Positions 48,167-57,077 of a stretch of 64,000 nucleotides of DNA are shown in pieces. The notes below the pieces were generated by a model that saw nothing but the letters and a program-made list of their open reading frames with translations, was not told the origin of the DNA and searched no databases. The stretch comes from an uncultured Clostridia bacterium (GTDB lineage Bacteria; Bacillota; Clostridia; TANB77; CAG-508), in contig CANQYM010000009.1 in the NCBI GenBank assembly GCA_947628085.1, forward strand, positions 3,698-67,697. Reading direction: 5' to 3'. Both the position numbers and the translations under genes were made by a program. The first letter of the stretch is position 1. Each line of letters opens with the position of its first letter.

Positions 48167-49138
48167 ATGGAAAACGAAAGTAGAAGAAAAATGCAAAGAA
48201 GAAAAGGAGAAAGAAGAGGAGAAGATAGAAGAAAAAATTTCGATAGAAGAAAAGTTCAGGTTCCTCTTGAAAATGGAAAAAAAGACAGACGTGTGAAAGA
48301 AAGACGTTCAAACGAAGATAGAAGAACTGGAGAAAGACGTTTAAATGGAGACAGAAGATCTACAGAAAAAGGCTCAAGTGATAGAGCAAAAAAAGACGAT
48401 GATGAAAACTCCTATGAAGATGTGGTTTCTGGAAGAAATGCTGTTTTAGAACTTCTAAAATCAGATAAAGATATTAACAAAATATTTATAGAATCAGGAG
48501 AAAAACATGGTTCTATAAAAGAAATAATTGCAAGAGCAAAAGAAAATAAAGTAGTTTTGGTAGAAGTTGATAAGCAAAAACTAGATTCAATGGCAGAAAA
48601 TCATCAAGGTGTTGTAGCAGTAGTTCCGCCATTTAATTACTGTGAAGTAGAAGATATTTTAGAATATGCAAAAGAAAAAAATGAAGACCCATTTGTTTTA
48701 ATATTAGATGGAATAGAAGATCCTCATAATTTAGGCTCAATAATTAGAACTGCTGAAACAGCTGGAATACATGGAATAATAATTCCAAAAAGAAGATGTG
48801 TTTCTGTAAATAGTACAGTTGCAAAAGTATCTACTGGTGCGGTTTCTTATGTTAAAATAGCTAGAGTTAATAACTTAAATGAAACAATAAAAAAATTAAA
48901 AGATTTTGGACTTTGGATAATTGGAACAGATGGTGAAGCAAATACCTTATACTATAATCAAGATTTAAAAGGGCCTTTAGGAATAATAATTGGAAGTGAA
49001 GGTTTTGGAATGAGTAAACTTGTTAAAGAAAATTCTGATATATTAATAAAAATTCCAATGAAGGGAAAAATAACTTCTTTAAATGCATCTGTTTCTGCAG
49101 GAATTATAATTTATGAAGCAGTAAAACAAAGAATGTAA
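48167..49138 (+). CDS. rlmB: 23S rRNA (guanosine-2'-O)-methyltransferase RlmB (SpoU/TrmH family) with an ~85-aa Arg-rich repeat N-terminal extension
   Basis: The SpoU core has G.N.V.E.L, D...DP.N.G.I.RTA and IPM.G...SLN.S.A. The N-terminus carries ~10 (D/E)RR repeats. Confidence 0.85.
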   Translation: MENESRRKMQRRKGERRGEDRRKNFDRRKVQVPLENGKKDRRVKERRSNEDRRTGERRLNGDRRSTEKGSSDRAKKDDDENSYEDVVSGRNAVLELLKSDKDINKIFIESGEKHGSIKEIIARAKENKVVLVEVDKQKLDSMAENHQGVVAVVPPFNYCEVEDILEYAKEKNEDPFVLILDGIEDPHNLGSIIRTAETAGIHGIIIPKRRCVSVNSTVAKVSTGAVSYVKIARVNNLNETIKKLKDFGLWIIGTDGEANTLYYNQDLKGPLGIIIGSEGFGMSKLVKENSDILIKIPMKGKITSLNASVSAGIIIYEAVKQRM

Positions 49139-49144
49139 AAATAA

Positions 49145-49177
49145 AAAACTTTGCATATTTTTGCAAAGTTTTTTTAT
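49145..49177. terminator. Bidirectional terminator between rlmB (+) and the convergent gene (-)
   Basis: AAAACTTTGCA / TGCAAAGTTTT flanked by A- and T-runs. Confidence 0.75.
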
Positions 49178-49197
49178 ATATAAAGATTTATAAATTT

Positions 49198-50199
49198 TTA
49201 TGTATATATAATATTAAAACAATTGAAATCATTTAAACAGTTATTTTCTAAACAACTTAAATATATGTCTAATTCATTAAGGTTTTTGCAAGCTTTTATA
49301 ACAATTGGATTTAAATTTGTATTGAAAAATAGTTCATTTGCTAAATTAAGTGCTTGTAAAAAAGGCAAATTAGATTTTTTAGCTAATGCGAAAGCCTCTT
49401 TAAATCTAGAAAAAGCAGGGCTTTTATATTCATTTAAAGAAACAGTGTATTTTTCATCAATAATTTCTTGCATAGAAGAATATTTTTCCTTATTATTTAA
49501 GAAGAATGTTTCTAAGTCTGATATAGAGTATGGCAAAATAGCGGTTTGAGTTTTACTAGATACTAATAATGTTTTATCAAGAAGGTCTTGCTCATCTTCT
49601 ATATTGTAATTATCATTATTATAGTTATCATTTTCAGATAAATTACTTTCGAAATTTTTATTAAATAAAGTTTCTTCAAAATCATGTGTTTCATCATCTT
49701 CTAAAAGTGATTCATCAAAGTGATTAATTTCTTTATTTTCAAATAAAGCATCTTCATCTTTATCAAAAATTGGAATAGGTGGTAAATTTTCAGGGAAAAT
49801 AACTTCCATATATTTTAGCAAAGATTCCATAAATGAATAGTAAAAAATATTATCTTCTGAAATTTTTTCAAATAATAAAACATATTTACTATTATAATCA
49901 CTATAAGAAATTTGGTCATCTTCAGAAGATCTAGTAATATTTTCTAAATACTGTTTTAGTTCAATTAAATTATTAATATTTTCTTTAATATTATCAAAGC
50001 TTTTTTGAATACCATTTAAACATGAAATTAATGAATTACTATCTTTAGGATCATTTGCATTAGAAATACCTTCAGAAATTTTTTCAAGATATAAAAGCAA
50101 AGTCTTTTTTAATTGCCTTTGCTCATTTAAAGTGTTATTTAAATTTCTTAATTCACTATTTATAATATTTTCATCCATTGTAAATTTTGAACCAATCAT
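49198..50199 (-). CDS. Hypothetical protein (333 aa): coiled-coil N-terminus, acidic Asn/Asp/Glu-rich middle, Cys-containing C-terminal domain
   Basis: Long ORF on the minus strand with SD (GGAGGA) 8 nt upstream. No family recognised. Confidence 0.6.
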   Translation of the reverse strand: MIGSKFTMDENIINSELRNLNNTLNEQRQLKKTLLLYLEKISEGISNANDPKDSNSLISCLNGIQKSFDNIKENINNLIELKQYLENITRSSEDDQISYSDYNSKYVLLFEKISEDNIFYYSFMESLLKYMEVIFPENLPPIPIFDKDEDALFENKEINHFDESLLEDDETHDFEETLFNKNFESNLSENDNYNNDNYNIEDEQDLLDKTLLVSSKTQTAILPYSISDLETFFLNNKEKYSSMQEIIDEKYTVSLNEYKSPAFSRFKEAFALAKKSNLPFLQALNLANELFFNTNLNPIVIKACKNLNELDIYLSCLENNCLNDFNCFNIIYT

Positions 50200-50281
50200 T
50201 TTATCCTCCGTTTATATAAAAAATTATATTATAAAGAAAAATAAAATACAATTATATTTTTAGAAAAAATATTAAATTTAC

Positions 50282-50310
50282 TTGCAATGATTCATACAAA
50301 ATGTTAAAAT
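50282..50310 (+). promoter_or_regulatory. Sigma-A promoter (extended -10) of the pyrG leader
   Basis: TTGCAA, 17 nt spacer, TAAAAT, with a TGn extension. Confidence 0.5.
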
Positions 50311-50334
50311 GTTTATGTTAAAAGAAGTAAATCG

Positions 50335-50386
50335 AAACAGATTTAAAAAAAAAACCCATTTTTTAAATCTGTTTTTTATTTTTTTA
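50335..50386 (+). terminator. Intrinsic terminator inside the pyrG 5' leader (attenuator candidate)
   Basis: A stem of about 16 bp, AAACAGATTTAAAAAA / TTTTTTAAATCTGTTT, with loop AAAACCCA, then a T-run. It lies between the promoter and the pyrG SD. Confidence 0.6.
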
Positions 50387-50428
50387 TAGCTTGTACAGTC
50401 AAAAAAGTAAAATTTGAAAGGAGCTAAA

Positions 50429-52039
50429 ATGAGTACAAAGTATATTTTTATAACAGGAGGCGTTGTATCTGGACTAGGAAAAGGAATAACAGCATCTTCT
50501 TTAGGAAGACTACTTAAAAACAGAGGTTACAGTGTTGTAAATCAAAAATTTGATCCTTACATTAATGTAGACCCTGGAACAATGAGCCCTTATGAACATG
50601 GAGAGGTTTTTGTTACAGATGATGGAGCTGAAACAGATTTAGACTTAGGACATTATGAGAGATTTACAGATGTAAACTTAACTACAAATTGTAGTGTAAG
50701 TTCTGGAAAAATATATCAAAGCGTTATAAATAAAGAAAGAAGAGGAGATTACTTAGGAAAAACTGTTCAAGTTATTCCTCATGTAACTAACGAAATAAAA
50801 GAAAATATTTATAGTTTTGAAGGAAAAACAGATATAGTTATAACAGAATTAGGTGGCACAATAGGAGATATAGAGGGACTAGCTTTTGTTGAAGCAATTA
50901 GACAAGTTGGTTTAGAAAAAAATCCTGAAGATGTTATATACATACATGTAACTCTTTTACCATATATATCTGGCTCAAATGAATTAAAATCAAAGCCTAC
51001 TCAGCACTCAGTTAAAGAATTACAATCTTTTGGAATAAAACCAGATATTTTAGTTTGTAGAACAGAAACAGAAATGCCAAATGAAATTAGACAGAAATTA
51101 GCTCTTTTCTGTAATGTTAGACCAGAATGTGTTATACCAAATCTTACTGCAGAAAACCTTTATGCAGTTCCTCTTATGTTAGAAAAATATGGGCTAGCAA
51201 AAGCTGTTTGTGAAAAATTAAAACTAGAAAATAAAGAGCCTAATAATGCAGAATGGGAAAAACTAATTGAAACAATTAAAAATTTAAAAGGAGAAGTAAA
51301 CATTGCTTTAGTTGGAAAATATATGCAACTTCAAGATTCATATTTATCAGTTGCTGAAAGTTTAAGACATGGTGGATTTGCAAATGGAGTAAAAGTAAAT
51401 GTTGGCTTTATAGATTCAGAAACAATTAATGAAGAAACCGTTTCAAATGTATTAAAAGACTATGATGGAATATTAGTTCCAGGAGGCTTTGGAAATAGAG
51501 GAATCGAAGGAAAAATAACTGCTATAAAATATGCAAGAGAAAATAAAATACCATTTTTAGGAATTTGTTTAGGAATGCAGATGGCTGTTGTAGAATTTGC
51601 TAGAAATGTTTTAGGACTAAAAGATGCTAACTCAGCAGAATTTAGTAAAACTACTCAAAATCCTGTTATACATATAATGGAAACACAAAAAAATGTTACT
51701 AAAAAAGGTGGAACAATGAGACTTGGAAGCTATCCTTGTACTATAAAAAAAGGAACCTTAGCATATAAAATTTATGAACAAGAAAATATTAATGAAAGAC
51801 ATAGACATAGATTTGAATATAATAATGACTATAAGGAAAAACTAGAAAAAGCAGGACTTGTTTGCTCAGGAACTTCACCAGATGGAACTTTAGTTGAAAT
51901 AGTAGAAAATGTAAATCATCCATTCTTCATTGGTGGACAATTCCATCCAGAATTTAAATCTAGACCAGATAGACCAGCTCCACTATTTAAAGCTTTCATA
52001 AAAGCTGCAATAGATAATAAACAGGGGGAAAATAAATAA
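50429..52039 (+). CDS. pyrG: CTP synthase
   Basis: [17 protein letters not shown] and the glutamine amidotransferase motif GICLGMQ. The ATG at 50429 follows GAAAGGAG. Confidence 0.97.
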   Translation: MSTKYIFITGGVVSGLGKGITASSLGRLLKNRGYSVVNQKFDPYINVDPGTMSPYEHGEVFVTDDGAETDLDLGHYERFTDVNLTTNCSVSSGKIYQSVINKERRGDYLGKTVQVIPHVTNEIKENIYSFEGKTDIVITELGGTIGDIEGLAFVEAIRQVGLEKNPEDVIYIHVTLLPYISGSNELKSKPTQHSVKELQSFGIKPDILVCRTETEMPNEIRQKLALFCNVRPECVIPNLTAENLYAVPLMLEKYGLAKAVCEKLKLENKEPNNAEWEKLIETIKNLKGEVNIALVGKYMQLQDSYLSVAESLRHGGFANGVKVNVGFIDSETINEETVSNVLKDYDGILVPGGFGNRGIEGKITAIKYARENKIPFLGICLGMQMAVVEFARNVLGLKDANSAEFSKTTQNPVIHIMETQKNVTKKGGTMRLGSYPCTIKKGTLAYKIYEQENINERHRHRFEYNNDYKEKLEKAGLVCSGTSPDGTLVEIVENVNHPFFIGGQFHPEFKSRPDRPAPLFKAFIKAAIDNKQGENK

Positions 52040-52040
52040 A

Positions 52041-52703
52041 ATGAACTTCAAGTTAATAGACTTTAATGATGAAATAGCAGATGATGAAATATTAAAATGT
52101 CAAGAATTAAATAATGATATTATATTTTTAAAGTATGATGTTTCAGAAAATGATATACTAATGCTAAAAGAAAATGAAATTGTTGTTTTAATAAATAATG
52201 GACATATTTGTGACTATAAAGAAAATGCGCAGACTTATATGATAAAGAAAACAAATGAAGAAATAGAAACCGATGATATATGCATTAGAAATGCTGATAA
52301 TAATGAGCTTTGCTTAGTATTTTTTAATAAAAATATTATAAAAAATAATAAATTATTAATTAATAAGTTAAACATAAATAAAAAAATAAATATTAGCATA
52401 GAATATGATTTTAAAATAGAAAATTTTAAAAATTTTTTGAATAAAATAATAGGTTTAAGAAAATTATATACTAAGGAAGAAATAATAGAAAAAGTTAGAG
52501 AACATGTAACAAATTCTATTAAAACAAGAATAATTAACGAATTAGAAGAATATAATTTAGATATAGAAAAATTATTACAAGTTAATAAGAATATAAAAGG
52601 TGAAAATGAATATGATACTAAATTATTAGAATATGGAGTAAGATTAATTAGTTATAAAATAACTGATTATGAAACAATTGATAAAAAATTTAAGTTTTTT
52701 TAG
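52041..52703 (+). CDS. Hypothetical protein, possibly a divergent SPFH/YdjI-like domain protein; translationally coupled to pyrG
   Basis: The ATG lies 1 nt after the pyrG stop. Resemblance to YdjI-type SPFH proteins is weak and from memory only. Confidence 0.4.
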   Translation: MNFKLIDFNDEIADDEILKCQELNNDIIFLKYDVSENDILMLKENEIVVLINNGHICDYKENAQTYMIKKTNEEIETDDICIRNADNNELCLVFFNKNIIKNNKLLINKLNINKKINISIEYDFKIENFKNFLNKIIGLRKLYTKEEIIEKVREHVTNSIKTRIINELEEYNLDIEKLLQVNKNIKGENEYDTKLLEYGVRLISYKITDYETIDKKFKFF

Positions 52704-52741
52704 AATATATATTGACATTTTGTTAAATAGGGTATAAATTA

Positions 52742-52768
52742 TTAGCAGTCACAAAACAAGACTGCTAA
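52742..52768. promoter_or_regulatory. CIRCE operator upstream of groES-groEL (perfect inverted repeat)
   Basis: TTAGCAGTC-N9-GACTGCTAA, preceded by TTGACA at 52712. Confidence 0.85.
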
Positions 52769-52800
52769 TTTTAATTATATTAAAAAATAAATTAGCATAA

Positions 52801-53106
<306 letters not shown>

Positions 53107-53128
53107 AATTTAAATAAATTTAAAATAA

Positions 53129-54778
<1,650 letters not shown>

Positions 54779-54895
54779 TCTAAATAAGTGAATTAATAAA
54801 ATAAGAAATATTATAAAAAAATATATGTAACAAAAAATATATACAAAATTTTTTAAAAAATGTATACAAAAAAATTTTTTATATATATAATATAG

Positions 54896-54938
54896 AAGAA
54901 TATATTAAAAATAATTATATTTTTAATATATTCTTTTT
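54896..54938 (+). terminator. Terminator after groEL
   Basis: 18-bp perfect arms AAGAATATATTAAAAATA / TATTTTTAATATATTCTT followed by a T-run. Confidence 0.7.
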
Positions 54939-54966
54939 ATTTTTAAAATAATTGGGGGAAATTCTA

Positions 54967-56683
54967 ATGAAAAATAGACTAAAGACCACAATAATCTTTA
55001 CAATATTTTTAATGTCAGCAATATTTTCTTTTTATGCTGTACAAGCATATTCTGGAGAAACTGATCCAAATGATTATATTAAATTACCAGATACTATATA
55101 TATAGAAAAACGGTGTTGGAACTGGAACAGTAACTTTATCTTCAGAAGCAGTTGGATACAAAATGTATTATCAAAAAGTTGATGTTACTGCACAAAAAAG
55201 AGATGAAATTATTGCAAAATATGATGAAGCTAATTCACATTTAGAAAAAAGCAATGAAGAAATAAGAAAAAAAGAAGAAAACCTTACATCGCTACAAGAA
55301 GAATATAATAATGCATTAAAAGAAAACAAACCAGAATCAGAAATTTCAAGATTAGAAACAGAAATTCAAAATGCTAGAAAAGATTATGATGAATATTATA
55401 AAGAAGCACAAGAAAAGTTTGAGGAATTGAAAAAAATATATTTTGATGCAATACCAGATTATACAGATGATTGGACAGAAACTACTATTAAAGAAAATAA
55501 TATAGTTCTTGATTTTTCTTCATACGAAGGAAATGTAAATTTCTATTTATGGGTAAAAATTGATAATGGAACAAATACATATTATGATTTTGCTGGATTT
55601 TCTACAGAAATAATAAATCATTCAAGTGGACAAAATGATCCAGAGAAAGAACCTGAAAAAGAGCCTGAAAAGGAACCAGACAAAAATCCAGATGATAGTT
55701 CTGACTCAACTGAAGAATGGACAAATTTTTCAAATGCTAATTTTAAATTAGTAAAAGATGGAATTTCAAAAGCAATTATAGAAGTTTCTGGAGTATCAGC
55801 TCCATCTTCAAATGCAAATAGCTATTATATATATATAAGAAATAATTCTAATGAGCCAAGTATAACAAACAACATAGCTGATGACAGAATAAGTTTAACA
55901 TATGATACCAAAACTAAAACATATAAAACAACCGATACAGAAAAAGTAGCAGAAAAAGTAGAATTGAATCAAGACTTATATGTAAGTGTACTAGAGAGAA
56001 AAGGATTAAATGAAAGCATAAGAACATATGGCAAAAAGGTTGAAAGATTTGCAGAAGCAAAATATAGTGATGCATTTCATGCTACATTTATGACTTATAA
56101 AGAAGATCAAATTATAACAAACTTTACTCATGCACAGCAAAATAATAGAAAAATGCAAATAAAGATTGGAAAAATTACAAATCAAAGCATATTACAAAAA
56201 ATTAAAAATCAAGACAATTCAGGATTTTCAGATTTATTAAATTATGCTAAATCAAATTCTGGTATGTATGATGAAACTTTAGATGCAGATAAAGATGATA
56301 ACTTTGCAATAGAATATAATGCTGGTGATTCTGGAAAAGTAGGAAATAAAGTTATAGAATTAAAAAATTTAGAAGATAATCAATATTATTACTTATATGT
56401 AAAAACTATTGATGAAAGTGGAAAATATGTATCTAATGAAGCAGTTACTTTAGCACAATCAGATGTGTTTAGTGATGGAAACTGGTATATGTTCTTCTAT
56501 GGTTCATCAGATTTCAAATGGGCTGATTTTGGCTCAGGCAATGTAACACCAGTAGATGATACAACAGCAAACAAATCTATACCAAATACAGGATCAGATA
56601 TACTAGTTTTTGGAATTACAATGCTTTTTGTTGTTGGTGGCGGAATATTTCTTTACAAAAAATATAATAATTATAACTATTAA
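54967..56683 (+). pseudogene. Sortase-anchored-type surface protein (signal peptide ... IPNTG-TM-KK tail) split by a 1-nt frameshift at an A5 run
   Basis: The signal peptide MKNRLKTTIIFTIFLMSAIFSFYAVQA lies in the first frame, which stops at 55180. The continuation NGVGTGTVTLSSEAVGYKMYYQKVD... is open in the next frame from 55106. The A5 run is at 55106-55110. The C-terminus reads IPNTGSDILVFGITMLFVVGGGIFLYKKY. A PEKEPEKEPEKEP linker is present. Confidence 0.65.
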
Positions 56684-56711
56684 AAGTTAAAAGTTAAATT
56701 TTATAAATGAA

Positions 56712-56747
56712 ATAGCTCTATTGAAAAACAATAGAGCTATTTTTTTA
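56712..56747. terminator. Bidirectional terminator between the surface-protein gene (+) and the Cys-rich micro-ORF (-)
   Basis: 12-bp stem ATAGCTCTATTG / CAATAGAGCTAT, loop AAAAA, followed by T7. Confidence 0.75.
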
Positions 56748-56755
56748 TGGATAAA

Positions 56756-56878
56756 TTAGCAACATCCTCTGTTACCATTATTTCCACAACAACAGAAAAG
56801 AATGATTAAAAGAATTATTAATAATAAACAATCATTATCTCCTCCAAAAATTCCACAACAACCTCTGTTTTCTGGCAT
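56756..56878 (-). CDS. Unlisted 40-aa Cys/Gly-rich micro-protein with a central hydrophobic segment
   Basis: On the minus strand, AAGGAGG precedes the ATG by 8 nt. Translation is MPENRGCCGIFGGDNDCLLLIILLIILFCCCGNNGNRGCC, with 8 Cys in 40 residues. A terminator lies directly downstream. Confidence 0.5.
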   Translation of the reverse strand: MPENRGCCGIFGGDNDCLLLIILLIILFCCCGNNGNRGCC

Positions 56879-56914
56879 TTTAAAATCCTCCTTAAATAAA
56901 AACTTTGTATGGTA

Positions 56915-56941
56915 TATAGTATGAATTTTAAAAATAAGTGT
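56915..56941 (-). promoter_or_regulatory. Candidate sigma-K-type promoter for the Cys-rich micro-ORF
   Basis: On the minus strand: AC, 16 nt spacer, CATACTATA, compared with AC-N16/17-CATAnnnTA. Confidence 0.3.
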
Positions 56942-57077
56942 TACTAATTAGTTTAAAAATAAAATCTTAAAAAAGTATACAAAAAATAATTTTAATGATA
57001 TAATTTGATAAATTGTATAAGTATGTAAAATTAAAGCTATAAAACAGGCTACAAGCCGAAAAGAAAAGGAGATAGAA

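Noticed and set aside
54952-55182. ORF 54952-55182 considered as a 76-aa secreted peptide
   Set aside because: Only the signal peptide makes sense. The tail is out-of-frame translation of the downstream surface-protein gene.
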